64,000 nt of DNA. Source: Candidatus Bathyarchaeota archaeon. Its GTDB lineage: Archaea; Thermoproteota; Bathyarchaeia; Bathyarchaeales; Bathycorpusculaceae. Below, piece by piece: positions 42,663 through 53,290 of the stretch. Each line of letters starts with the position of its first letter. Positions within the stretch are counted from its first letter, which is position 1. Where the stretch lies: the NCBI GenBank assembly GCA_963770935.1, contig CAVYRJ010000008.1, positions 32,001-96,000 of the forward strand. The letters are read 5' to 3'. The notes under the pieces were generated by a model, which was not told the DNA's origin, searched no databases, and saw only the letters and a program-made list of their open reading frames with translations. A program made the position numbers and the translations under genes.

Positions 42663-43829
42663 ATGACCCAGAAAATAGTTTTCAATAAAGGTTCAAAACG
42701 TATCGGGTATTTGAGCTCTTTTCCACCGAGAGAATGCGGGATAGCAAACTTCACAAAAGACCTAATTGACGCCATAGATGATTTAGATGGACCTAAGCCA
42801 TCAATAATCGCCATAAACGAAAAAGGGGCGATTTACGACTACGACAGGCGAGTCAAATGGGACATTGACCGAGACAACGCTGAAGACTACGTTCATGCAG
42901 CCAAATACGTTAACTCGTCAAATATTCAGCTATTAGTTATCCAACATGAGTTCGGACTCTATGGGGGCGATTATGGTGAACATATTAAATTCTTCTTAGA
43001 AAATGTCAAAAAACCCGTAATTGTTACTCTTCACACGGTGCAACCTAATTTTGACCAAAAAGCGATAGAAGTCCTAAAATACATTGTTAGAAGAAGCGAA
43101 TCAATTATCGTAATCGCCCATGCAGCAATCGATATGCTTAAGCACCAAGGAATATCCTACAAGAAATGTGTTGTTATTCCACATGGATGCCCAAGCGTTG
43201 ATTTCACGAAGGGCAAAACAATGAAATCACTATTGGGTCTAGAGGGGCGTCTGGTTGCCTCAACCTTCGGGCTAATAAGCAGAGGCAAAGGAATCGAATA
43301 TGCTATTCAAGCGCTTCCCGAAGTTATTAAGAAAGAACCGCGAATAATTTACCTGATCATTGGGGAAACACACCCTGAAGTCAGAAAAAATGAGGGAGAA
43401 AAATACCGAAATGAACTAATGAGTCTTGTTAGTGAACTTGGATTGGAAGAGCATGTTAGATTCACAAACAGATTCATTTCCAAACGTGAGCTAATCAAGC
43501 TTCTTCAAGCAACCGACATTTACCTAACACCCTATATTTCCCCAAACCAAATCAGCAGTGGTACCCTTATCTATGCCCTTGGGGCTGGAAAAGCTGTGAT
43601 ATCTACCCCTTACTACCACGCGAAAGAAGTCCTGGCAAACGGTAGAGGTATACTATGCAAATTTGAGGACTCGTCTTCAATTGCTGAAGGCATAATTAGA
43701 CTCTTAGACGAAAACTTCCGGAGCGAGATGCAAAAGAGAGCTTACCAGTATAGCAGGCGTTTTCTATGGACAAACGTTGCCCAAGAATACATGAAACTCG
43801 TTGAAGCAGTTAATAGTAATAATGAGTGA
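42663..43829 (+). CDS. Glycosyltransferase family 4
   Basis: PPRECGIANF, QHEFGLYGG, TLHT, TFGLISRGKGIEY, SSGTL.YALG.GK. Confidence 0.92.
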   Translation: MTQKIVFNKGSKRIGYLSSFPPRECGIANFTKDLIDAIDDLDGPKPSIIAINEKGAIYDYDRRVKWDIDRDNAEDYVHAAKYVNSSNIQLLVIQHEFGLYGGDYGEHIKFFLENVKKPVIVTLHTVQPNFDQKAIEVLKYIVRRSESIIVIAHAAIDMLKHQGISYKKCVVIPHGCPSVDFTKGKTMKSLLGLEGRLVASTFGLISRGKGIEYAIQALPEVIKKEPRIIYLIIGETHPEVRKNEGEKYRNELMSLVSELGLEEHVRFTNRFISKRELIKLLQATDIYLTPYISPNQISSGTLIYALGAGKAVISTPYYHAKEVLANGRGILCKFEDSSSIAEGIIRLLDENFRSEMQKRAYQYSRRFLWTNVAQEYMKLVEAVNSNNE

Positions 43830-43835
43830 GAAGCA

Positions 43836-44870
43836 TTGAAAGATTTTTCAATAAAATTGGATTTTGTTAGAGCTCTGACGGACGATGTCGGAATTTTCCA
43901 GCATTCCAAATATGCAACACCGAATAAGAAAGAAGGATACACAACAGATGACAATGCAAGAGCTCTGATTGCATGTACAAATTACTTTATGTTATTTAAT
44001 GATACAAGCGTTAAGAAACTTGTTGATACTTACCTGAGCTTATTGTTCTATATGCAGAGATCTGACGGCAAAATGCACAACTTCCTTGGCTATGACCGCA
44101 AACTCTTGGATGAAATAGGTTCTGAGGATTGCATGGGCCGAACACTCTGGGCAACTGGTTACTGCTTGAACTCAAGCTTGCCAGAAGAAACAAAACTGGT
44201 TTCTAAAGAAATTTTTGACAAAATCTTTGCATGGACCCCAAGTTTTACATCCCCGCGAGCAAAAGCTTATGCAATTATAGGATTGTTTTATTACCAGAAG
44301 GCTCACCCAAAGGATCAAAATGTTAAATTAAACATTAGAGAACTCGCGGATCAGTTGACTAGGCAATTTGAATCGGAATCTTCCGACGAATGGGATTGGT
44401 TTGAATCATATCTAACCTACTCGAATGCAAGATTACCTCATTCACTTTTTTTAGCCTACGAGTCCACAGGAGAAAAAATTTATCTAAACGTAGCGTCCAA
44501 ATCTATGAAATTTCTAATAAACATCCAAACAATAAACGAAATATTTGTTCCTATAGGGAATCTTGGGTGGTATAGAAAAGGATCTAACCGAGCAATCTAC
44601 GACCAACAAACGATAGAAGCGTCTTGCACGACAGAAGCTGCAATTGCTGCATTTAGAAACACCCAAGAAGAAGTCTATAGAAAAGCAGCCTATGATGCCT
44701 TTGGATGGTTCTTTGGGAGGAATCTGAAAGGCGTGATGTTGTATGATCCAAAAAATGGGAGCTGTTGTGACGGCATAACGCCTCATGGATTAAATCTAAA
44801 TAAAGGAGCTGAGTCGACTCTTGCTTACCTCCAAGCTCGACTAAACATTGAAGAGGTAAAGACGTTATAG
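43836..44870 (+). CDS. Six-hairpin glycosidase-like protein (GT4-associated)
   Basis: LTDDVGIFQH, GYTTDDNARAL, SEDC.GR, LTY.NARLP, YDQQ.IE, NKGAESTL. Confidence 0.8.
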   Translation: MKDFSIKLDFVRALTDDVGIFQHSKYATPNKKEGYTTDDNARALIACTNYFMLFNDTSVKKLVDTYLSLLFYMQRSDGKMHNFLGYDRKLLDEIGSEDCMGRTLWATGYCLNSSLPEETKLVSKEIFDKIFAWTPSFTSPRAKAYAIIGLFYYQKAHPKDQNVKLNIRELADQLTRQFESESSDEWDWFESYLTYSNARLPHSLFLAYESTGEKIYLNVASKSMKFLINIQTINEIFVPIGNLGWYRKGSNRAIYDQQTIEASCTTEAAIAAFRNTQEEVYRKAAYDAFGWFFGRNLKGVMLYDPKNGSCCDGITPHGLNLNKGAESTLAYLQARLNIEEVKTL

Positions 44871-44989
44871 TTTTTTAAAGAAAATATAAAAAAACCGAAT
44901 AATGTGTAGTTGAATATTCTAATAGTTGATGCATAATTCACATCATTTATTAATTCGGAAACTTGCATTGAAATTGGAGATCAGGTTGT

Positions 44990-45364
44990 ATGATGACTCG
45001 TGATCTAATGCTAAAAGACGTAGTTACTCTAAACGGAAACGTATCCGTAAAGGAGACGGTTGATCTTCTTTTCAAAAGACATATTGGATCGGTAGTAGTT
45101 GTCGATGCTGAGCAGCGATGCGTAGGAATATTTACTGAGAGAGATGCTATAAGAATTATAGCACAGGATGTTCCTTTAAGTGCGCCGTTAGAGAAAGTCA
45201 TGACTAAGAACCCATTTACTGTTAATGAAGATTCAACTTTTGAAGAAGCAAAGAACATTATTGTCACTCATAAGATTCGGCATCTACCTGTGATAAATAC
45301 TGATGGAAAACTAGTAGGACTAATATCTGTCAGAAAAATATTAGATGCGCTAAGCGGACTATAA
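44990..45364 (+). CDS. CBS-domain pair protein
   Basis: IGSVVVVD..GIFTERD; IRHLPV..LVGLIS. Confidence 0.92.
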   Translation: MMTRDLMLKDVVTLNGNVSVKETVDLLFKRHIGSVVVVDAEQRCVGIFTERDAIRIIAQDVPLSAPLEKVMTKNPFTVNEDSTFEEAKNIIVTHKIRHLPVINTDGKLVGLISVRKILDALSGL

Positions 45365-45396
45365 CTTTCAAAAAAGCCTAGGGAGAGAAAACAGCA

Positions 45397-46290
45397 ATGA
45401 ACAGGTACTCGCACAATCCTATACTTGAGCCGATAGGCACACATTCATGGGAATCAAGTTTGGTCTTCAATGCAGCAGCTTTTGCCGCTAACAATCGAGT
45501 CCACATTCTCTACAGAGCCATGGGAAATGATAATGTTTCACGCATAGGATTGGCATCTTCATCTGACGGCTACAATATAGATGAACGGTTACCTCTCCCA
45601 GTTTTTAGTCCCTCGGGCGAAATGGAAAGTCAAGGTTGCGAAGACCCAAGATTAAGTCTATTTGGCAACTCGCTAGTAATGGCATATACAGCATTTGGAA
45701 TACATGCTCAACATCAAGTTTACCAAATTGCATTAACTTCTATAGGTTTAGATGATTTTTTGGCTCGAAAATGGAATTGGGGCGAAAGGATCTTGGCTTT
45801 TCCAGGAATCCACAACAAGGATGCTGTGCTTTTTCCACAGAGGTTCAATGGTGACTATGTAATGTTTCATAGATTGGAACCTGACCTTTGCATTGCACGC
45901 TCTAATGATTTGCGACGTTGGTATGACCTAAAATACGTTTTAGGGCCACGTGAAAAAGGCTGGGATTCATGGAAGGTAGGTGCTGCTGGACCGCCTATTT
46001 TGGTAAATGAAGGCTGGCTTCTGATCTATCATGGAGTGAGCATCGACAAAGTCTACTCTTTAGGCGCTGTATTGCTGGATAAAAATAACCCTGAACAAGT
46101 CCTTTACCGCTCTGAAGAGCCATTTCTAAAACCGGAGGAAGATTATGAACGTTATGGAAAAGTTCCTAACGTAGTTTTCAGCTGTGGCCAAGTTATGATG
46201 GATGGGCGGCTCCTAATTTACTATGGTGGCGCAGACAGCGCTTTATGTGTAGCGACTGCTGAACTTGCTGAACTTTTGCCAAAAAAATAA
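45397..46290 (+). CDS. GH130 family beta-mannoside phosphorylase/glycosidase
   Basis: NPIL, VFNAA, LYRA, GCEDPR, NKDAVLFP, LIYHG, VPNVVF, YYGGAD. Confidence 0.9.
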   Translation: MNRYSHNPILEPIGTHSWESSLVFNAAAFAANNRVHILYRAMGNDNVSRIGLASSSDGYNIDERLPLPVFSPSGEMESQGCEDPRLSLFGNSLVMAYTAFGIHAQHQVYQIALTSIGLDDFLARKWNWGERILAFPGIHNKDAVLFPQRFNGDYVMFHRLEPDLCIARSNDLRRWYDLKYVLGPREKGWDSWKVGAAGPPILVNEGWLLIYHGVSIDKVYSLGAVLLDKNNPEQVLYRSEEPFLKPEEDYERYGKVPNVVFSCGQVMMDGRLLIYYGGADSALCVATAELAELLPKK

Positions 46291-46303
46291 TTCGTTTTGA
46301 CTT

Positions 46304-46825
46304 TTACAGTGAAGCCAAGAGCTTTATGGTTGCTCGACAAAAATCTGGTAAGTCATCCGGAGAACGAGAAGTCACAATTTTACCATCAACCACCGAGGCT
46401 TCATCGACGACATTTGCGCCTGCATTTCTAAGATCCGTTCTAACAGAAGGCCAACTTGTAACTGTCTTTCCTCGAACAATATCCGCCTCAATAAGCATTT
46501 GTGGTCCATGACAAACTGCAGCTATAACTTTTCCCTTTCTATTTGCTGCTTTAACCAATTCTACCATATCTGGTTGAATGCGCATGCGATCGGGGGCTTG
46601 ACCGCCAGGAATAATCACTGCATCGTAATCATCCAAATCAACCTCATTAGGCGAAACCTCCGACATAAATGTCCCGCCACGTTTGCCAATGTACTCCCTT
46701 TTAGCTTTAGGCGCAACGATATCTATTTTGTAGCCTTCTTCTTGAAATCGATAATAGGGGTAAATGAATTCAGAATCCTCAACGCCATTTTCCAGCAAAA
46801 TCAAAATTTTTTTCATTTTATTCAC
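46304..46825 (-). CDS. pfpI: PfpI/DJ-1 family intracellular protease/deglycase
   Basis: EDSE..YP, IPGG.APD, AVCHGP, VVDG..VTSR.PDDL. Confidence 0.93.
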   Translation of the reverse strand: MNKMKKILILLENGVEDSEFIYPYYRFQEEGYKIDIVAPKAKREYIGKRGGTFMSEVSPNEVDLDDYDAVIIPGGQAPDRMRIQPDMVELVKAANRKGKVIAAVCHGPQMLIEADIVRGKTVTSWPSVRTDLRNAGANVVDEASVVDGKIVTSRSPDDLPDFCRATIKLLASL

Positions 46826-47092
46826 CAGAACAAAAAAAGTTGCAGATTCGATGATATAAGGAGTTGCTGGTTCCGATTCGTGTCACAATCAAACATTATC
46901 TCGACTCTGTTTGATGCTATAATGGGGCACCAAAGATAAGAAAAATAGCTAAATGTTAAATTCAAATGTAAATTCAATCATTCATCCGCTATTTCTCTTG
47001 TCAAAATTCGCTTTTGTTGCCCCTTAGATTTGTGATTGATTCGCTACAATAACAAGGGGTTATATTATCGCTGATTAGATTAAATTTAGAGT

Positions 47093-47392
47093 GTGCTGAC
47101 TTTGTTTGTCCTACAAGTTTTTAACCCTACTGACATAGGTTTCTGGTGGTTGCTGCTAGTTTTACTAATAATTGGTTTGATAGCTATTGTAGTCATCGGC
47201 TTTCTGTTTGCCTTCCCAATTGCAGCTCTAGCTGCTATTGCAGTGTACTTCTTAACAGGCAGCCTACTGTGGGCTGGTATTACCTTTTTAGTAGTTGCTC
47301 TAATTTCTGCTGTTGTAGGAGACCTACTGCATATGAGCCGCCGCCATCGACATCGTCGCATAGATGAACATGTAGAAGAACACCATGATTGA
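47093..47392 (+). CDS. Small membrane protein with His/Arg-rich tail
   Basis: Hydrophobic helices followed by RRHRHRRIDEHVEEHHD. Confidence 0.65.
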   Translation: MLTLFVLQVFNPTDIGFWWLLLVLLIIGLIAIVVIGFLFAFPIAALAAIAVYFLTGSLLWAGITFLVVALISAVVGDLLHMSRRHRHRRIDEHVEEHHD

Positions 47393-47423
47393 CATCGATG
47401 GACTTGAAATGGAGAATATGTAA

Positions 47424-47819
47424 ATGGCAAAATCAGTTATGGTTTTAGCGGCAATCTTAATTATAATTATAGCCGTCGCTATCCATGCAGCAATAACCTA
47501 TCCCCGAACGACAGCGACTATTCCAGTTTCCTTCACAATAGGAGCAGACTCAAAGACAATAGCGTTTGATCAGCCATTTCTAGACGACAAAGCACAAGTA
47601 CAAGTGTTAGTTCAAAATGGCGCTGCTTTGTGGCGAGCCCAAATCCTAAGCGGCGACCAAATCATATGGGAACATTCAGCAGCACAAGGTGAGCAACAAA
47701 GCTATAGCAGCGGATGGATCCAATTATCAAGCGGGAACTACAATTTTACATTCGGAACAATTGGTATAGGGGCGCTTGAAGCAACGGCTACTGTTATGTC
47801 TAAAGGCGGTTTCTGGTAA
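47424..47819 (+). CDS. Secreted/anchored beta-sandwich hypothetical protein
   Basis: N-terminal hydrophobic helix, beta-rich body (L.SGNYNFTF). Confidence 0.7.
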   Translation: MAKSVMVLAAILIIIIAVAIHAAITYPRTTATIPVSFTIGADSKTIAFDQPFLDDKAQVQVLVQNGAALWRAQILSGDQIIWEHSAAQGEQQSYSSGWIQLSSGNYNFTFGTIGIGALEATATVMSKGGFW

Positions 47820-47854
47820 TAAGCAACTGTTTTTCTTGGGAGGTGAATTGAGGC

Positions 47855-48166
47855 ATGTCTGGAACTTCTGTTTCAACTATAGCGTACTATTTAGCTCTCA
47901 TCGGCGGAATCCTAATGGTTCTTTTTGGATTGGTAGGATTGCTTGTAGATTTTGGCGGTTTCTTCTTCAACTGGGGTTTTGCATACGGCGGCATCGTAAC
48001 TTTAGTTATGGGAATAATTGCCATTATTGGAGCAAGAAGTGCAAGCACTCTTGTCTGGGCCATTGTATTGATAGTCGTTGGACTTGTCGGCGGCGGGTTA
48101 GGCGGGTTGCTTGTGCTTTTGGGCGGAGTATTTGGTCTAATTACTGCACTATCAAAAAAAGCATAA
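47855..48166 (+). CDS. Small Gly-rich membrane protein
   Basis: Four hydrophobic helices; SD GGAGGTG upstream. Confidence 0.75.
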   Translation: MSGTSVSTIAYYLALIGGILMVLFGLVGLLVDFGGFFFNWGFAYGGIVTLVMGIIAIIGARSASTLVWAIVLIVVGLVGGGLGGLLVLLGGVFGLITALSKKA

Positions 48167-48369
48167 TTTACCCATCCGCATCAATTTTTCTTCACATTTT
48201 TATTATTCTTGAATTTTAAAATATGAACATTATATCATGGAAAAAATTTTTGAAAAAACATAAGGTAGCATTTAGCTAAAAAATAAGATTACAAAGAGTT
48301 GTGGTTGCAGCGCCACAGTAACATATATTGAAAGACTTGTTTTCCAATCATTTAATTGGTGAGTTTTAC

Positions 48370-48596
48370 ATGGAAAATGAACTTAAGCAAGAGCGAAACT
48401 TGAGTAACAACAACTACAATTTAATGTACCAACTCCTAGAGGAAAACCAGAGTCTTTGAGAATAAAAAACAACTACAAAAATGACGCCAAGGGAGATTCT
48501 GAAGCAAAACAGTTCTAGGAATTTTTAGAAAAGGACAAAGAAGACCACATAAGAAACCTAACAGCACTATTAGCAAATCGAATTACTTCCACCTAA
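48370..48596 (+). pseudogene. Ferritin-like small protein pseudogene
   Basis: NYNLMYQLLEENQSL(W)RIKNNYKNDA..F*EFLEKDKEDHIRNL; has both a 1-nt deletion and an in-frame TAG where Trp is expected. Confidence 0.65.
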
Positions 48597-48828
48597 TTGA
48601 ACTAAATGAATTTGGATGATTTGAATGCCTGTACCTAAACCTGAATTCAATGAATCAGAACGGGAATATATATCTCGCTGCGAAAAATTCATGCACGAAG
48701 AAAATAAAAGTAACCAGAGAATGAAAAGCGATCAGACGAACAGATTAGCGCGATTTGTTATTCGACTTGGCGCAGAAAATAGATTTAAATTCCCCTAACA
48801 AGATACCGAGTTTTATCTTATAGGTTGA

Positions 48829-49446
48829 CTAATAATCTATGATTGTCAAGCGTGTTCTTATGTTAAGACATACAATCTCATCTACTTCGGGCAGGAGCAA
48901 CTTGATAGCGCCTAAAGAAGCCGTAGGCTCAGCAACGATTATTTTTTAGGCTTTTTTTCCCTCACAGATCTTGCGGCAGCCAACATTGTAAATCCTGAAG
49001 CCAACCCATCGTCAACAAGTATGACAACCTTGTCGGCAAGATCAGGCATAGGTTTATCTCCTCTGAACTTACGAAGCCTCGCCTGAAGGTTTTCCTTGGT
49101 ATTCAAAATTGACGTCTTAATCTCATCTTCTGTTAGCTCTAACTGCGTAACCAAATCATCGTTTAGGACAATTTTTCCATCCCACGTTATTGCGCCAAAG
49201 CCAGCTTCAGTGTTCCACGGAATTTGAATCTTCCTAACTACCAACACATCCATCGAGACAGCGAGTTCCTTCGCTGCCGAATATCCCACTGGAACTCCGC
49301 CGGCAGGTACAGCCAAGATAACTACATTTTTATCACCAGCGTAATCTCTGAGTTTGTCCGCCAAAAGCTTTCCAGCCTCAAACCTATCTCTAAAAACAAA
49401 AACCCGATCTCTAAAAGTTATATCTTCAATAACTTTCGCAGTCATA
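48829..49446 (-). pseudogene. Phosphoribosyltransferase family protein, frameshifted and apparently C-terminally truncated
   Basis: FRDRFEAG..LA, VPAGGVPV, VRKI, ILVDDGLASGFT; continues IIVAEPTAS..VDEIVCL in a shifted frame, then stops early. Confidence 0.7.
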
Positions 49447-49646
49447 ACTCCCAGACCCAACAAGTGATAATCTATTAAGGTCTTAAAAAACAGGTTCCGT
49501 TTTTACTCACCTAAGAATCGATTCATTACCCCCCTAGATAATTAGCAATTTGTTGGAGTAGCCAGACAACAACAAACACCATACAAAAGGTGGTAAGTTG
49601 TTTACAAATCGTCTTCAAAGGGCTAAACATAATGCTCAAAGTTCAT

Positions 49647-49931
49647 TTAACATTCTAAGGTAATCTTTTTGGTCGTTTTATTATTAAAAAGTTTTTTCAC
49701 ATGTTCCTCCCGTTTATTCCCAGCTGTTTTGCTTCTACTAACGGCTTTGTTGAGTATTGTTTCTTCGTTGATAGCTTTCTCCATTAGGCTTCTCACTGCT
49801 TGGTTCATATTGCCGTTGAAGTAGGGTTTAACGATTTTGAGACAGAATTCTTTCAACATCTTAGCTGAGAAGTTGTGGAATGTTAGAGATACAAGTAAGT
49901 CTGCTTCGGTTGCTATTTCATTTTGTGTCAT
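49647..49931 (-). CDS. Small hypothetical (RHH-like) protein
   Basis: SLTFHN...KMLKEF...IVKPYF.GNMNQAVRSLMEKAI. Confidence 0.6.
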   Translation of the reverse strand: MTQNEIATEADLLVSLTFHNFSAKMLKEFCLKIVKPYFNGNMNQAVRSLMEKAINEETILNKAVSRSKTAGNKREEHVKKLFNNKTTKKITLEC

Positions 49932-50214
49932 GTTTGTTCACAGAACCAACGTTATTTTGGATATTGCTTAAAAGACGGACGTCCATGCAACATTGCAGGT
50001 TCTGGAGAGGTCTGTGAAAGTGATCGTTTTTGAAATCCATGAGATTCAACATAGTACAATTTGCGACCTACTTTTACAAGATAGCCAGAATTGAGCAACA
50101 AACGCAACCCGGGTGTTTTGCTACAATAAAATGGTCGCGATTCGGTCAAAACCTTAGTTGCAAAGGTTACTTGTGAGCGGGTAATAAACAAAATTAGGTT
50201 GAGAGAGCAAAGAT

Positions 50215-51633
50215 TTAGGCTGTTGGTTGAAATCCCATTGGCCAATTTGGCGGTGTCTTGTTTAGGTCCTGCTTCTTTTTGGTGGATGGCTGCGACTGTT
50301 GCGTTAACGTTTTTTTCCTCAACTACAAGGATAATCTGTGACGTGTGGGGTGCAAAGATACCGCGTTTTATGTTTATGCCTGATATGGCGCTGATGGCTA
50401 TCGATGCTACGCCCGGAGAATTCTTCATGCGGTCGCCGATCAATGTGACGACGCCTAAACCGTAATCGATCTTGAGGTGTTCATCGAAGCCTTTGAGTTT
50501 TTCCTCGTTTTTCTTAAGGAAATCTGAGTCTAAAAACAGAAAGTCGCGGATGCGCTCGCCTGTTTCCATGGTTTCAGCTCCCAAATCCATGAAGTCGTTT
50601 CGTCGTTCCCATATGCGCAGGGAGTCTTCCAGTGAGCGACTTTTTTCGTCATTCATTGAAAGAATTGCGCAACCTGATTTTCCGGTCAGACACTTGACGA
50701 CTTCGCCGCCTTTTGTTTCAGCCTCAATTATCGAGTACATCTTGGGCTCATCGATAGGCACCACCATCAAGGGTTGTCCAAACTGTCTTGCCATTGCGAT
50801 TGCTGGGCTCTGCACGATTTTCATACCCATCATTGACGCTTTATGGGCTTCATTGTAAGTTAATGCGTTGACGTGTTCGGTTTTCTGTCCCTTTACAACT
50901 TTGGGGTCGGCACTCTGCACTGGTACGTCCTTGTAGAGGAGGGTTTTTGTTTGGTACACGTCTTTTAGGAGGCAAGATGCGAAAACAGCCGTTAAGTCTG
51001 AGCCGCCTCTGCCAAGTATGGTTTCTAGACCGTCTGCTGTGGCACCTAAGAAGCCTGCCAAAGAAACAACCTTGCCCTCTTCGAGGGGTTCAATTAGGGT
51101 ATGGAGTCTTTTTTTGCTTGACTCGAAGTTAGGTAATGCATCTTCAAAGTTATCGTCTGTGACGATTGGCCAGTCTTCCATAGAGAGACTAGCACGACTC
51201 TATTCCATTGCTTTTTAGGATGTAATCCGTCAGCATTGACATGGCAAGTTCACCGCCCAACGTGAGGGTTCGCGCTTTGATGTTGCCGCTGAAACGCTTA
51301 TTAACGGCGTCAAGAGTGGTCTGGGTTAACACCTGTAATTAGCCAACTCTCCTTGGGCTTGTTTTAGATATTTGCCCTTAACGTAGAGCTTGGCAAGTTC
51401 GTAGACTTCAAAAACAGGCTCCAGAGGCAACTGAACATGCCTGCGCGTAGGATTCACCTATTCTGATGAGGGCATCAGTGCAGCCCATAGGTGCAGAAAA
51501 CACTGCTACAGGTCCACACCCGTCTTTTTCCCTAATTTGCTTTATCTGCTTAACTATTTTGGGGATTCCTTTGCCTTCCACATCAAGGAGGCTGCCGCCG
51601 AATTTAGCTACTGAAACAGTCTTAAAAGCTCAT
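50215..51633 (-). CDS. lysC: Aspartate kinase with several frameshifts
   Basis: VAKFGGS at about 51610, VAVFSAP.G.TD, LGRGGSD.TA, ADPKVV, LTYNEA, C-terminal ACT domain; ends approximate. Confidence 0.88.
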
Positions 51634-51971
51634 TCCACCTATTACGAAGAAAGAATAAATTTTTTATTGCTGGTTATTCTGGTTTGCGAATTTACGAAGA
51701 CCTTTATTATTTCCAAGTTATTCTCTCCATATTTTACTGTAGCTTTTAGCTTTCAAATAATTAATAACTTTCCCTTTTGAATCTGTAAGGTTTTTTCGCT
51801 TAGAAGTGTTTTCCAACAATATTGAATGAGAGTTCATAACTCTTTTCGAGTTTTATACTCGTTCATTATCCAATCTTTCCAAGTTTGAGTCGGTTATCTT
51901 GAATCTCGGCGATCACAAATCATTAGTACTAGAGGGCGAATAGGGAAATGGAAGGTTGGGAGGTGAAAATT

Positions 51972-52814
51972 ATGGGAAGTAGAAAAGCTCTTTGCATCGG
52001 AGTAAACAAGTACAAGAATCTTCCTTCTGCCACGCTTCAGGGATGCGTTAACGACGTAAAGAATATGGAATCAATTCTTACTCAGTTTCTGGGTTTTTCT
52101 GGCACTTCTGGACCAAACCCAGACATAGTTGAATTAACGGATCTTAAGGCGACCAAGACTAAAATAATGAAAAATCTCAAGGAGATGGTTGATGGAGCAA
52201 AAAAAGGCAAATACAACTATCTGGTTTTTAGCATGTCAAGTCACGGAACTCAAGTCCCTGATACTTCAGAAGACGAACCAGACCGCGCTGATGAAGCTTT
52301 TTGTCCAACAGACCTAATTCAAAAAGGTAACCAGTGGGACCCAGCACACATAATAGTCGACGATGAACTTAATGACTTATTTACTCAATTACCACAAAAC
52401 GTTTCACTAGAAGTTTTCTTAGATACATGTCACAGCGGAACAGGCCTCAAAGCTATAGACTTGCTGTTAGATCGCAAACCTCGTTTTCTGCCGCCTCCAT
52501 CTTGGGAAGCTTTTGAGTTAGTTAATGGGCGTCGCTCTTTTGGCCTTCGGGACACTATGGCAAAAAATGAAGAAATTCACCATATACTTTGGACGGGATG
52601 CAGGTTTGACCAAACTAGCTCTGATGCAAATATTGCAGGAACTTGGAACGGAGCTTTCACATACTATCTTTGCAAGGAAATAAAAGCGAGCAATAACAAA
52701 CTAACCCGAAAACAACTCATGAATAAAGTTAGGGCTGACTTAGTGGCTAACCATTACGCTCAAATACCGCAACTAGAAATAGAAGCTACCAAACGAAATA
52801 TGCCAATTTCGTAA
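51972..52814 (+). CDS. Metacaspase (peptidase C14, stand-alone)
   Basis: RKALCIGVNKY, LQGCVNDV, catalytic His (SSHGTQ) and Cys (DTCHSGT), D..DEA..P.D, QTSSDA, NGAFT, QIPQL; SD GGAGGTG upstream. Confidence 0.95.
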   Translation: MGSRKALCIGVNKYKNLPSATLQGCVNDVKNMESILTQFLGFSGTSGPNPDIVELTDLKATKTKIMKNLKEMVDGAKKGKYNYLVFSMSSHGTQVPDTSEDEPDRADEAFCPTDLIQKGNQWDPAHIIVDDELNDLFTQLPQNVSLEVFLDTCHSGTGLKAIDLLLDRKPRFLPPPSWEAFELVNGRRSFGLRDTMAKNEEIHHILWTGCRFDQTSSDANIAGTWNGAFTYYLCKEIKASNNKLTRKQLMNKVRADLVANHYAQIPQLEIEATKRNMPIS

Positions 52815-52822
52815 AAAACACC

Positions 52823-52868
52823 GACGCACCTTAACCTATGGTGCATCTCTTCTTTTTTCCTTGTTTTC
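52823..52868 (+). terminator. Hairpin plus pyrimidine/T tract after the metacaspase
   Basis: GACGCACC..GGTGCATC imperfect inverted repeat followed by TCTTCTTTTTTCC. Confidence 0.45.
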
Positions 52869-53290
52869 AAGCATTTAGGTTTTCAAATGTGATACTTTTT
52901 GATTTTCGGATTGTCTAAATAGTCAGCAACTACATAGATAGACTAAATAGCAATTCAGGTTTTAGGTTAAATAAGGAAAACCGTTTTTCTTTGTATGTGA
53001 TTCGCAATAAGCTTCGGCTGGTCCAATAATGAGTATGCGCTTATCTTCAGCATAGATTGGTCTTGGACCATGAGAGCTCCCAATCGAAAACCTTAACTGT
53101 AATAAAATCCGTAGAGTTTATAGATAATCGGAAGATTTAAAGCGGTTCAAAACTTGTTTCACACTCTCAATTAGAATACGACGCCACCAAGTTTCTTCAA
53201 TTCTCTAATTCATTGCCACAATAAACTGCAATCTGCCGATCGGTGTGATAACTTAAAAAACTAAAATAAATCCAAAGTTGGTTAGAAAAC

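Noticed and set aside
48370-48596. In-frame TAG as pyrrolysine or readthrough
   Set aside because: The same ORF also has a frameshift and the TAG replaces a probable Trp codon; no pyl genes are in the window
52990-53260. Possible minus-strand gene relic between the metacaspase and the rSAM
   Set aside because: Only short broken frames; no family could be recognised
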